Origin: Eledone cirrhosa
Taxonomy: Eukaryota
DNA: 64,000 nt
NCBI GenBank assembly: GCA_964016885.1
Contig: OZ024741.1
Span: forward strand, 90,582,001-90,646,000
Direction of reading: 5' to 3'
Shown here: positions 28,019 through 42,012 of the stretch, piece after piece
Layout of the letters: every line of letters starts with the position of its first letter
Numbering within the stretch: position 1 is the stretch's first letter
Notes under the pieces: model-generated
The model's database searches: none
What the model was told of the DNA's origin: nothing
The model's input: only the letters and a program-made list of their open reading frames with translations
Translations under genes and position numbers: made by a program

Positions 28019-28022
<4 letters not shown>
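24391..28022 (+). mobile_element. Penelope-like element PLE-C (Neptune-like), frameshifted ORF at about 24391-26390, long C/A-rich 3' UTR
   Basis: IVIKPADK, GVAMGTRMGPNYANIFVG, GRYIDDC, a CSRPRCNTC linker, and CTSSNLVY...YVG...DRFTEH. Confidence 0.9.
27901..27934 (+). ncRNA. Minimal type I hammerhead ribozyme at the PLE-C 3' end
   Basis: CTGAAGA-A-GGGC ttat GCCC-GAAA-CGTC, with palindromic ACGT stem III. Confidence 0.85.
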
Positions 28023-28054
<32 letters not shown>

Positions 28055-28060
28055 ATATAT

Positions 28061-28835
28061 CTAAGGCGGGTAAAATTCCCGAGATCCATGGACGAGTTCT
28101 CTCCAGCGGTCTCTGTCCCTCATTATCGCTGCCATGTCCTGCGTCTCCAACAGACCAGTGTCTGTCTTTAGGGCATCAACATACGTTAACCTTAGTCTTC
28201 CTCTTCTAGTGTGTCCATGTAGGGGCTCCCACAGGAGCACTGAGTTCAATGTCAACTCTGGATGTCGGTGAGCATGTCCAGCTAACCTCAGTCTCCTCTG
28301 TGTCACTTTTGAGCTGACTTTTGGGATGCTCCCATACAGCTCTGAGATTTTCATCCTCAGTGTATACTGATTAATGTTCAGAGCCATCCTCAGCATTCTC
28401 GTGTAGCACCCATCCACCATCTGAGTGAGTTTCTTGGTCAGTGTCCAAGTCTCAGACCCATACAGCAGCACAGACTCCACTACAGCAATGAAGAGGCGGA
28501 TTTTCAGGTCTTTACGAAGGTCCGACTTCCACACCGATCTCAAGCTGTGGCACGCCGCCCAGGCTTTGCTCTTCCTCTCAACCACATCATCTTCCGTATT
28601 CCCAATCTTTTCTCCCAAATACAGGAAGCCCTCAACCAATTCTATCGGATGCTGAATTTGCCGACGACATAGTTTTGGTGACAAATACAGTGAAGGAGGC
28701 AGAGGATTTGATGCGAGAGGTTGAGAGTGTGTCGATGAGTGTGGGGCTGAGAATGAATGAGACTAAAACAAAATATCTGGTAGAGAATGTTGAGAAGCCA
28801 GAGGGGATCACTAATGTAGGCGGGAAGCCGCTAGA

Positions 28836-28836
<1 letters not shown>
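28061..28836 (-). mobile_element. 5'-truncated RTE-clade LINE with 5' inversion, in a (TA)n tract
   Basis: Minus strand reads FLYLG...LLYGSETWTL...LAGHAHR. Plus strand 28651-28836 reads EFADDIVL...GLRMNETKTKY, the upstream RT part in inverted orientation. Confidence 0.85.
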
Positions 28837-29914
<1,078 letters not shown>

Positions 29915-32010
29915 TTATTACCAAATGGTTTTCCGTGGAGGAACGAGAGGAGACCATAGTTAAATAAGGTACTCAATACATTAAGTAGGTATGGTACATA
30001 ATTTCGGATGAAAATGACAAGACAATCATTGTCGCATTCGTTTGAAGTGATCATTAATTTCAGCTGAATGAGAATATGTTAGTCCTGTAGAAATCATTTC
30101 CAGCATACACACATACGTACATACATAGACCCATGATTTACTGTTTTCAAGTCTGGTATTTATTTCACTGATCCTTTTTTTGTTAAGCCCCTAAATTACG
30201 CGTCATAAACTCTGAGACCATTTAGGGGGCGGACAATTTTTCTTGACATAAAAAAGGTTTTGGGAGTTTCTGTTCATAGAATCAGTACATGTTCTTTGTG
30301 TAGTGCCTAAGTTACATCATCTGGATGGAACTTACGTATAGAGGGGGAAATAAAGAGTAGTATCATCTACATAGGAGTGGCCATTGCTGGCGATAACTGT
30401 AAGAGGGCCTCTGATATACAAAATGACGAGTGTGTAGGACAAAAGCGAACTAGTGATAATAGAGTGTAGGCCAAAAAGATCTTCATCACCTCACGTCGTG
30501 ATAATACAATCTGACTGGAACAAGAGACGGATGGAGCTTATAAGGATGCAATCTTGCTAGGAAATTCACATGGTAGACATCGTTGGATACTTTGATTATT
30601 TCAAATGCAACAACGCAGACTAGAGGCTCCATGGAGTACTGTAGGTGGTGAAATTTACATAGTATGTGACTGTGTAGTAGGTATTCACAATATGGCTATT
30701 GTCGAATGGCCCGATATGTGGAGAACCTATGGTAGTTTGGAGGTGAAAAGAAACATTGAGAGATTTGGAATGCCTACATGTCGGTCAGAGATGCTTGTAG
30801 GATGCAACTAAATGACTTGAGTGTCGAGTATTGCGACACTTTTGGTTTCTACAACAGCATCAGATACATAGTTTAAACTTTCAAGTTACCGAATGATTTC
30901 AAAGACTGGTGAAGTGAAAAATGTGCTCTTACTTGTGGATTGTTATAGAAGAAGTGGTGTTGTTGGTTGGAGAAGTCCCAAGGGCATTGGTGGAAGCAAA
31001 TGTATTTAGTATTTAGAGTAGTGGAAGGGATATATTTGAGCTAAAGTAACAAGACGTCCTTGCTGCTAATATCTAGGCAAAAGAAGGGATTAGCGAGCAG
31101 AGTGAAGTCTGCACACTGGTAGACAGTGCTTAACAGAGTGAGGCTTTATTATGCTATTTAAGGAGCGAAAGATTTTGGTCTCGGTGGGGTTTGCCTATTA
31201 CCAAGAGGTGATGTCTAGGAGGTCTCGGTTGAATCGGAGTTCACAAATATTAGAACGTTTTTCGGCGAGATTATTGTGTTTATTGTGTGCCTTTAACGCA
31301 GTTCCCAGCGATATTCAGCTTGACACAGTGTGTGATATGGCTGGCTCTTTAAATTACAACCACAACTCATTTCCTGGGTTACGTGAAAAAAGTATTTTGC
31401 CCAAGGACACGAAGCACTGTCTGTCGGTAATCGAACTCATGATATTGCGATTGTGATAATCCACTCACCACTGCCCAGTCCAAATATCTGAAACAGAGTC
31501 AACTGAACTAAAGGCACTCATTGGTCAAAATATGATATCAAAAACACGTAGTATGATCTACATACAGTCCCTACATAAAGAAGTAAGGCATATTCGTCTT
31601 ACTCGCCCAAGCCGCTCTATAAAAACAGGACTACATTAGACATCTCACTACCAAGCACATGATGATTCAGCATCAAACAGCAACGTATCAGTTTATTAAG
31701 GGAGAGCTAATATCCTCAAGTAGAAGTATTTTGGGAAGGACTAAGAAGAAATCAGAACAAACAAGATTGTTCAAGGCAACGAATGCAGCACATGAACAAA
31801 TGTACAATCGTAGGAAGTCATAGCAACTTAAGAGATTACCCAGATGCTACAAAACAAATTAATTAAGAACACTAATATCATGCTAGCTAAAGAAACAGTA
31901 TAAAAGAATTAGTGTAAATACAAACTTCCAAATACTTAGGTATCAATTAAGTAGATTGTTAATAACCCAGAAACATTAGGATGCGATATTTTAGATGCAT
32001 TATATTAATG

Positions 32011-32257
32011 GCTAGTAAAAGAACCTGTCGTTACCGGGCACATCTTTCGCCACTGTAAATAAAGAACCCCCTCTCGTCAACAGGGCCGTGTTTAAAAAGC
32101 CCCTCTGCTATTTTAGGGGAGAGAAAGATTTCAACTATATGTTGACATGCTCCGGGAGCTAAATAACCTATGTATCAAATTTGAACAAAATAGAATGGAA
32201 ACTGTGAAAATGCATCGCCTGCATACAGACAGACATTTTCGTTTATATAGAGAGATT
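32011..32257 (+). mobile_element. Putative Helentron/HINE-like non-autonomous element
   Basis: Starts ctag...acctgtcgttaccggg and ends acagacagacattttcgtttatatagagagatt, an architecture typical of such elements. Confidence 0.4.
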
Positions 32258-32384
32258 AAAACAGAGCTAGATGTAAAATTAATGGCATTGGCATCAACTT
32301 GCACTGTTGTTTCTGATCCTTCCCTGCTAGTCTCGAACGGTCATTATAATGGTTTCTGATTTAGGTACAAGGCCAAGAACTTTT

Positions 32385-33655
32385 GGGAAGATGAAATCTG
32401 GCCCGAAATGTTTAAAGCCTTAAATAGAGAAGGTATTCTTTGGCTGACTCGTATGTGCCGGGTGGCCTGCATCTCTGGAAAAGCACCTAAGCAATGGCAA
32501 TCAGGAGTGATAATCCCAATTTTCAAAAATGAAAACAAGAGAAATTGTTCCAATTACAGTGGGATCCCCTTTTTAAGCCTCTTTGGTAAAGTCCATGCTA
32601 AATGTCTGACAAAGAGATGCAGGGAGATTGTCGAGTCCAAGCTAGCTGATGAACAGTGCGGTTTTCGCCCAAGACGCAGCACAGCCGACCAAATATTCAC
32701 ACTGCGGCAGGTCTTCGAGAAATAGTGGAAGTATTGCCAAGAGGTATATTTTTATTTTGGCGATCTTGAAAAGGCACATGACCGCGTTTCTCGGGACCTG
32801 CTGTGGAAGGTTTTGCAGGAGTATGGGATCGATGGTCAGCTTCTTGCTGCCCTGATGTCTCTAACATGAACAAGATTGACATACGCAGCTGGGTTGGAAG
32901 TGGTATCATGACTGGCGGGCGTAAAATCAATCGGCTGGAAATTGCAGACGACATGGTGTTACTTAAATCGACAGGTGATCTCCGACTTGCACTCGATAGG
33001 TTTGATGCCAAGTGCTGCATGGCTGGAATAAAAATCAGTGCTGCGAAAACTGAGACACTTATCCTCTCAAAGAAGCCTGCACAGTGCACTCTACATGGGA
33101 ATGGAGTTCCACTGAAGCAGGTAGAGAAGTTCAAGTTTCTCGGGGACATATTCACGAGTGATGGAAGACATGAGGCTGAATTAAGTGCAAGAATTGTAGG
33201 AGCTGGGGCAGTAATGCTCCAGCTTCAGCATTCAGTAATCAGAAGAGGGGGGGGGGGGGGGTAGGCGTAAAATCCAAACTCGCTATTGTCAATTCGGTAT
33301 TCGTGCCAACCCTTACCTATGGTCCTGAATCTCCGAATTGAGAGATGACAACTCCGATATTATGGGTATGTGGTTAGAATGTCTCAGGAAAGAATCGCAT
33401 GACAGATTTTATGCAAAAACAACCGACAGGAGACGCAGGGATAGACCCCATCCAAGCAAGATGGTTGGATAATATCCATGAGCTTGGCTGGTTGCGCTTT
33501 GGGATCCAGCCGAATCAGTTGGAGACGGTTTTTTCTGACTTGACCCGCTTGAAGGAGTGTTTGAGGACTCTGCCCACCCGATCCTCTCAGGAACATGTGG
33601 GAGAAGAAGAAGAAGAAGAAGAAGAAGAAGAAGAAGAAGAAGAAGAAGAAGAAGA
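32385..33655 (+). pseudogene. Decayed RTE/Rex3-like LINE RT region with (GAA)n tail
   Basis: EMFKAL...WQSGVIIPIFK, EQCGFRPRRSTADQIFTLRQ, IADDMVL and FKFLG motifs, with frameshifts. Confidence 0.85.
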
Positions 33656-34638
33656 ACAATTTGTAACAAAATTAAATTCCCTGAATGTCGGTAAGTCAGG
33701 ATCAATTTCAAGAGTTCAACTTAACTCGATAATGTTAGAGTGTCGGATGAAATGCATTGCAGTATTTCGTTACGTCCCTCTACGTTCTGGCTTCGAATAC
33801 CACCGTGATCAACTTTGCCTTTCATCTTTCAGAGGTCGAAAAAAGTGTTGGCCATGTGCGTAAGCTAGAAACGATTGTTACATTCCTAGTCTACAGACTA
33901 GATAAACCCAAACAGTTATGTCTTGTTAGAAGTGTTATAAATCTGTCATTTCTTATATATTCATCAAATCGTTAACAACCATGAAATTATCGTCAGTTAG
34001 AAAGGCCTCCGACATATCTTGCATTACAAGTTGCAGAACAGATTACACGCTTCGTTTCTTGCATATGCTGCTTTTATTAATTACTTTCATAGGTTAGGAG
34101 GTGAGGTAATGATGGTGAGGCTGGGGATGGTGGTGTCCTTGATCTGCTTATCTGTTTTCACTACACACTTAATAAATATACAGGATATTGTTGTTTTGAT
34201 AAGTTCAAGTTTTGAAGTTTCTATAACCTTCATTTTGATGCACAAGGCGGACGTGAGTGTCGGTTAGAGTGCTTTGCGATATTTGTTCCACCCTTCTACA
34301 TGAAAATCTCGATGTGGCTTCTTTTATTTTTTCATCATTATTGGGGGTTGACAAAGAAAATAGTAGAGCTGGACGTTCTGATGGACCTAAACGGAGAGTG
34401 ATTTGTGCCAACTCGCAAAAACATACCACATTGAACAATTAACAAAAACACTCTACATACCACCAAGTCATCGTCAATTGTGATGACGGCCGTACTTTCA
34501 TTTAAAAAAAAGTTATTTTACGTATTAACATCATTGTGTATACATGACGTGGTTTAGAATATTGTCTTCGTAGTAGATTTATTTTTTTGGGGAAAATGTT
34601 GCTACACAAGATCATTTTGTATTACACATACACCCCCT

Positions 34639-34738
<100 letters not shown>

Positions 34739-35059
34739 GTATAAAGTAAAAGGTAAACAGAAATTATATATATATAAAAAGTAAAAAGTAAACAGAAATA
34801 ATATATGAACTACATTTCTTCTCGCAATTCTATTTTCACGCTACGTGGTTCGGAAGTGTGATCGTTGCTTACCTATCAACTAAATAAACATATATCAGAC
34901 TTTACACACTTCTAACAGAAGGTTGGATTGACCACTTTCCTGTTTTGTAGCATAAAAATATATATAAACACGCAGACCACACCACACCACACCACACTAC
35001 ACCACTCCATGCCACACAATGCATCAGACAGATAGGATACTTAATTTTATTTCGAATAG

Positions 35060-35790
35060 AAATGACTTCTACAATCCTAGAACTGTTTCATTCGGTGCTG
35101 AAATCTATCAGTGTCATACAAGTGGGCTATGTTGTTTCTAGGGAATCATTGGACAAAGTCCACTGATTCATATTTCTTGGCTGTAGTACAAATTTGATTA
35201 TGATGAGTGTTACAGAAGTCACAATCAGTGCAGTGAAAGCTTCGAATTCCTGAAACCCCATGTTTGTGTTTAGGTGTTTCTAATGTAGAGGTCCTGGTAC
35301 ATCATAGTTCCAGCAATCTCCGAACATTTTCATTCATTTTATCTACTCAGTGGTTTCTGATACATGTAGGCCAGTTGTAATGCTCTGCATTGATCCTAGC
35401 ATTAGATTCTCCAAGCCAGTAGAGGTATTCTGGTCGTTATAATAAAACTAGTTATTCGCTTCGATACCGTATTGATAAAGTTTAAGGCACAATGTTGACT
35501 GGGCCGGTATTGGAATTCAAACAAAGACTTAAAATTCATCAATACTATCAACATGATCTCGTCTATCATCTTCCTTTCCGGGTAAGCGTTGACTGTTCTT
35601 CTTGCAATAACTCACCATTCGTAAGTCTTGCCGTTTGGAGTATGACAATGTTAACACTTAAACTTGCGAATTCAGCGTCTATAATAGCTGTTTTGTATAT
35701 GAGATGTTAAATCCGACATTAAGCAAGACGACAATTTAGTCATCACTTCCAGATTGCAAAAGCAATTGCTCCACAAACTGTTGTCATATT
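35060..35790 (-). pseudogene. Very decayed LINE AP-endonuclease remnant (RTE-like)
   Basis: Minus-strand fragments KTAIIDAEFASLSVNIVILQTARL, LGESNARI and KMNENVRRLLEL. Confidence 0.5.
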
Positions 35791-35799
35791 TACAAAAAT

Positions 35800-36370
35800 G
35801 ATACGCGATGGGGCCCACCCACAGCCCAGACGGACAGAATGGAGAAGGCGTTTCCCCGGAGGACGGCAAGGGAGACGCGCTGGAAAAGCCACTCCAACTC
35901 GCGGGGCTCACACCTGTGGCTGGCCAGCTCAGCGCCTATGGCGGTGAGTAAGGAGGTAGCCCTGGGGCCGAGGACACCAGAAGTCTCCACTGCCAAGGGC
36001 ACGACCGCAAACCTGTCGGAGAGCGACCAGTATTTGAGGAGTTTGGCCTCCTCAGCCCGACGTGCAGCAGAACCTGGGTCAGTCGCAGACTGCACCAGGT
36101 TCTGCTGCAGAAAGTGTCGGTGCAAGTGGCATCCCAGACGAGGCGTTTGCCACCGCGGAACGGGAAGATGGTCATGCCATCTGGCCTTTTGCTGTCCCCT
36201 CGATCCAGCCCCACCGGCTCGAGCTGGGAAGGGAAGCCTGCAGCGTCCAAGCCATACTTAATAACCTCGTTGAGGGCAGCATGGCGTGGAATGCGGCCGG
36301 CACTGTGGCGACAGGAAAGCGAGTGGAGGCCGAAAGAGTCCACGGTGGAACCGCAGCGACATTGTATATC
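35800..36370 (-). pseudogene. CRE-like non-LTR element C-terminus (CCHC plus restriction-like endonuclease)
   Basis: CRCG...HSLSC...RH...EP...KRPDG...WDATCTDTF, then PLAVETSG...WLFQRVSLAVLRGNA after a frameshift. Confidence 0.8.
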
Positions 36371-37289
36371 ATAGATTCGTTTCAAATTATTAATCAATCA
36401 TGGCATCGTAACTTTATCATCTCAGCTTGCTATGGAGATGTTTTCAGTGACGGGAAAACACAGAAGAATCAGAAGAGGCAGATGAACATCTTATTGGCTG
36501 GGATCTACTACACTTCAGAAGAGCAGTCGCCGATCAAGGGGACGATAATAAATTCTCCCACCATGCTATTTCAGACAGGAAAGAACAGAATAGACAGTTG
36601 TATAAGGTTCCTGGATTGGTCATGTGTCAACACCTTCATTTCGACATCCTCGGTGTAGTTTAAAGAAAGAAAAAGCAGTGTTTGGTACAATTTATGCTGC
36701 AAGAGTTGCCGGAAGACTGACAAAGACACATATACTGATTTCTAATTTAGGTACAAGGAGGGTAAACTTGATGGGAGGGGAATTTTGATTATATTTACCT
36801 CAGTACTTGACTGGTACTTTATATTATCCGACCTCAAAAGAATGAAAGGTAAAGTTGACCACGGTGGAATTTGAACTCAGAATGTACAGAGCCAGAAGAA
36901 ATACAGTAATAGCCTTTTATCCGATGTTTATCACATTCTGTCCCCCCCCCCCTTTGTCTTCGGCGCTCCACGTCGATGTTTCTGCCAGTGATTGCTTCTC
37001 TTAGTCTTATATTATCTCCAGCATTCACCAACCAATGAGACAAATTCACTCATAACTGGGGGTCTGGTGATGGGCCCTAATGTGTGATCACTCACCAATG
37101 GCGCACATATCAGATCTCTTGGGATGGAGGCAGACCACAATCAAGTCTTCCATAGTTGTAGCTTGGGGCAGAGCATCACCGCGGAAGCTACTGCCTTGAT
37201 TTTCTTTCTAAAGAGACTATATTATTTTATGTGTGTGTATGTATGTATATGTTATGTGTGTATGTGTGTGTGTGTGTATGTATGTGTGT

Positions 37290-37329
<40 letters not shown>

Positions 37330-37716
37330 GTGGAGGAAGCATACGTTGGTATTTATAACTAAATAAATATTCCTAAATACTTAAATCAAATGTACACTTC
37401 AATTTATACACTTGCTGTATGCAGCTTTATTTAATTTATATTCACAAATCAAAACAATAATAACTGTATGAATACATGTTTATGTTAATAGAATCGTATT
37501 GTTTTTGATTATATTTCTTATAAATACTTCCTTTTACACACTAATATATATGCAATGTATATGTGTGAGGGGGGAGGGGAGTTGCATGTGTAATGTTATA
37601 TTTGCTGAGAATACTGCATGAGTTACACAAAGCCCTAGAGTTACGTATTAAGGCAGTTATCACTCTAATTGGTATAGTTTATATGGTTGATAAGTGCTTT
37701 GTTATTTTTAAACATT

Positions 37717-38123
<407 letters not shown>

Positions 38124-38448
38124 ATGCGTGGCTTTGTGGTTAGGGTATTCGGTTTACAATCGTTAGGTTGTGAGTTCAATTGGCAGCAGAGCCTTGTGTC
38201 CTTGAGCAAGATACTTTATTTCGCGTTGCTCCAGTCCACTCAGTTGTCAAAAATGAGTTGTACTTGTAGTTCGAATAACCAGCCTTGTCCCATTCTGTGT
38301 CACGCTGAATCTCCTTGACAACTACGTTAAAAGTACGCATGTCGGTGGAAGGCTCAGCCACTTGCACGTTAATTTCATGATGAGCAGGCTGTTCCATTGA
38401 TAAAATCAACTGGAACATTCATCGTCGTAAACGACGGAGTGCTCTTTG
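38124..38448 (+). mobile_element. SINE family 2
   Basis: gcgtggctttgtggttagg...gagttcaatt...tgtccttgagcaagatactttatttc; homologous to 9870-10165. Confidence 0.8.
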
Positions 38449-38483
<35 letters not shown>

Positions 38484-38518
38484 ATATATATGTATATGTA
38501 TATGTATATGTATATATA

Positions 38519-38550
<32 letters not shown>

Positions 38551-38564
38551 ACTATATATATATA

Positions 38565-40007
38565 GTAATAATAATAAATTTGAAGACTAAAATCCAAAGA
38601 GGGCTCGATAAGGATAAATATATATCAAATATATAAGAACCGTAGAGCAAATATTTATTAAAATAACAGATTAAAGTTTAAGCAAAGAATCGCTGCTTTC
38701 ACCCTTAACGGGATTTTCTGAAACTAACAAAGTCAATCTGTAAACACAGAACTGGATATTTCAAAAAACGTTGCAACCGGAGGAAGACAGGAAGACGATA
38801 CTTTGGTTCGTGGTAACGTTCGCTGGCAAAGAACGGGAAAGAACGAATAATACGTCATTAATAGGAGCGGTGAAAACCAATTACGCGCAAAGACAGAACC
38901 ACGTTTATGGTATAAAAGAGGTCATAGACTAATGTTCTCTTAGGTGGTGCATAGAGACGTTCTCTGACAATGAACGAAAAAACGAAGATAATACGTCATA
39001 TGTGGAGCGTGGAGAACAATAGCACGCAAAGACACAACCACGTAAATGGTAAAGCAGAAGTCGTAGACTAAAATTCTAACTAGGAGACGAAATGAATCTC
39101 CGCTACAGAGTTAAGAACAAAGTAAATAAATACAATACAGAAGTAATAGAAATAAATAAATACATACACGCAAACAAATACGTACATACACAAGCATACG
39201 CGAAAACTTACCATAGGTATACAAGACCACGCACATATAAATATGTGTGTGTGTGTATGCGTGTATACAGATAAATAAATAATTATATAAACGTATATAA
39301 ATAAATACGTATATAACAAGCGCACACACATACCTACAAATAAATACACGAATGTTCGGAGACGTAAGTCAACTAAAACATGAAGTACGCATATACATAC
39401 ACCCACCATACGTACGAACCTGTATACTCACACAGACGCAAAACTCCCGTATACACATAGCCAGACCATATGTACCAGAATATATATTTTAAAAAAATAC
39501 GCCATAACAATCAAATATACGTACGAGAAGGTATACGTACCTTCACAAAACATACGGGTAATATATACTTACCTATGCAAATAAGTAAAGGAATAAACAA
39601 AACATATACTTAGCTCCCACATCAAGACGTAAAATATCCACGTATAGATCGTGCTATCCGTTAGGGTATAACGTGGGGCTGTAATACAGGAAAGTTTTGT
39701 GCAATTTATGTTTACAAGCCGAAATTGCCTCAGATTTTTTGTTTAAGATGTGGTCTGTGGCGTAGAGTATTTCCAGGGCCTCAGCGGCGCAGAGGTCACA
39801 TGGTCTTTTATTTCCGTTATACGATCTAGCCCTAGCTAGGATCTCACAGTGTAACTTATATTGGGTGTGGTTGTCTTTTAGACTCCAGATATAAGCTGAA
39901 AGTGACGTCATATTCCTTCTTAGAGGGTAACGAAAAGAATGGGTATGCATGTAAAGACGCTGCTTGAAACTATTGGCGGTTAACCCTATGTAGGCCCTAC
40001 GGGACGT

Positions 40008-40009
<2 letters not shown>
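38565..40009 (-). mobile_element. 3' fragment of a Penelope-like element (GIY-YIG plus long 3' UTR), flanked by (TA)n
   Basis: YIGLTANSFKQRLYMHTHSF...TSLSAYIWSLK...CDLCAAE...LNKKSEAISACKH, the same endonuclease type as PLE-D. Confidence 0.85.
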
Positions 40010-40102
<93 letters not shown>

Positions 40103-40171
40103 TATGAAGAGAGAAGAAACATTTAGATATAATTAGTAATAAAATGTATCATACCTAAACTGTTCCTAAAT

Positions 40172-40259
40172 TCCTCGACTACGTAGTTTCGTGGCATAAA
40201 CAAAAACAATATATCAAAGATATAGAGTTCTTGCGAGGTCTGCCGACTTATCAAGAGGA
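40172..40259 (-). ncRNA. Type I hammerhead, U3-A8 variant, unit 1
   Basis: TCCTC-TTGATAA-GT(C)GGCA [42-nt loop] TGCCAC-GAAA-CTACGTAG-TC^GAGGA. Confidence 0.85.
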
Positions 40260-40762
40260 TACCTCATTTTACTAGTCTCAAGAACGCGTCTACACGACGT
40301 GAGAAAGAATCCCAAAAGGCGGAGGGGGAGATAGTCACGCGATATAACGGTCGAGAAACAGAGCTAAGCCTCTTATAACCACGAAGAAAATACCACGGAG
40401 GCGGAGGGGGTATTCATATCGAGGCCGTAGAAGAGGTAGTGAAGAAGGCGAGAAGTATGAGTAATGGAAGCTTTCCAGTTGTCCCCACACTTCAAAGATT
40501 GCTCGACCAGAGGGAGTTATTAATATATTAAGAAACACACAGATACATGCGGACACACACATATATACATGAATGCATCCGCACCCAACTGTGAGTTAAG
40601 GGTGCCAACTTCACCGATGTTGCTCAATGAATGACTGGGACAGACCAATTCAGTTTGAACCAGACTGAACCAGTATCAGAGTTAAAAATACATTATGAAG
40701 AGAGAAGAAACATTTAGATATAATTAGTAATAAAATGTATCATACCTAAACTGTTCCTAAAT

Positions 40763-40850
40763 TCCTCGACTACGTAGTTTCGTGGCATAAACAAAAACAA
40801 TATATCAAAGATATAGAGTTCTTGCGGGGTCTGCCGACTTATCAAGAGGA
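40763..40850 (-). ncRNA. Type I hammerhead, U3-A8 variant, unit 2
   Basis: Same motif, 591 bp further along. Confidence 0.85.
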
Positions 40851-41353
40851 TACCTCATTTTACTAGTCTCAAGAACGCGTCTACACGACGTGAGAAAGAA
40901 TCCCAAAAGGCGGAGGGGGAGATAGTCACGCGATATAACGGTCGAGAAACAGAGCTAAGCCTCTTATAACCACGAAGAAAATACCACGGAGGCGGAGGGG
41001 GTATTCATATCGAGGCCGTAGAAGAGGTAGTGAAGAAGGCGAGAAGTATGAGTAATGGAAGCTTTCCAGTTGTCCCCACACTTCAAAGATTGCTCGACCA
41101 GAGGGAGTTATTAATATATTAAGAAACACACAGATACATGCGGACACACACATATATACATGAATGCATCCGCACCCAACTGTGAGTTAAGGGTGCCAAC
41201 TTCACCGATGTTGCTCAATGAATGACTGGGACAGACCAATTCAGTTTGAACCAGACTGAACCAGTATCAGAGTTAAAAATACATTATGAAGAGAGAAGAA
41301 ACATTTAGATATAATTAGTAATAAAATGTATCATACCTAAACTGTTCCTAAAT

Positions 41354-41441
41354 TCCTCGACTACGTAGTTTCGTGGCATAAACAAAAACAATATATCAAA
41401 GATATAGAGTTCTTGCGGGGTCTGCCGACTTATCAAGAGGA
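41354..41441 (-). ncRNA. Type I hammerhead, U3-A8 variant, unit 3
   Basis: Same motif, 1182 bp further along. Confidence 0.85.
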
Positions 41442-41981
41442 TACCTCATTTTACTAGTCTCAAGAACGCGTCTACACGACGTGAGAAAGAATCCCAAAAG
41501 GCGGAGGGGGAGATAGTCACGCGATATAACGGTCGAGAAACAGAGCTAAGCCTCTTATAACCACGAAGAAAATACCACGGAGGCGGAGGGGGTATTCATA
41601 TCGAGGCCGTAGAAGAGGTAGTGAAGAAGGCGAGAAGTATGAGTAATGGAAGCTTTCCAGTTGTCCCCACACTTCAAAGATTGCTCGACCAGAGGGAGTT
41701 ATTAATATATTAAGAAACACACAGATACATGCGGACACACACATATATACATGAATGCATCCGCACCCAACTGTGAGTTAAGGGTGCCAACTTCACCGAT
41801 GTTGCTCAATGAATGACTGGGACAGACCAATTCAGTTTGAACCAGACTGAACCAGTATCAGAGTTAAAAATACATTATGAAGAGAGAAGAAACATTTAGA
41901 TATAATTAGTAATAAAATGTATATATATATATATAACTATATATATATATATATATAACTATATATATATAACTATATAAC

Positions 41982-42012
<31 letters not shown>

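Larger units (their letters stand above)
40099..41922 (-). repeat. Tandem array, 3 x 591 bp plus 51 bp, one hammerhead per unit (retrozyme-like)
   Basis: Units start at 40099, 40690, 41281 and 41872. I saw only one difference (gcgagg vs gcgggg). Embedded in (TA)n. Confidence 0.95.

Noticed and set aside
38688-38725. Possible hammerhead at the 3' end of the PLE fragment (CAGAAAA-TCCC gttaa GGGT-GAAA)
   Set aside because: The position is suggestive, but the core and stems I and III are too degenerate to call.
40335-40562. 75-aa ORF in each 591-bp unit, and rolling-circle translation because 591 is divisible by 3
   Set aside because: No recognisable motif, it starts in a TG-repeat and ends at a stop. 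Identity between units only reflects recent duplication.
40099-41922. CRISPR array or rDNA/snRNA repeat interpretation
   Set aside because: No repeat-spacer structure, and no similarity that I recognise to 5S, tRNA or snRNA genes.
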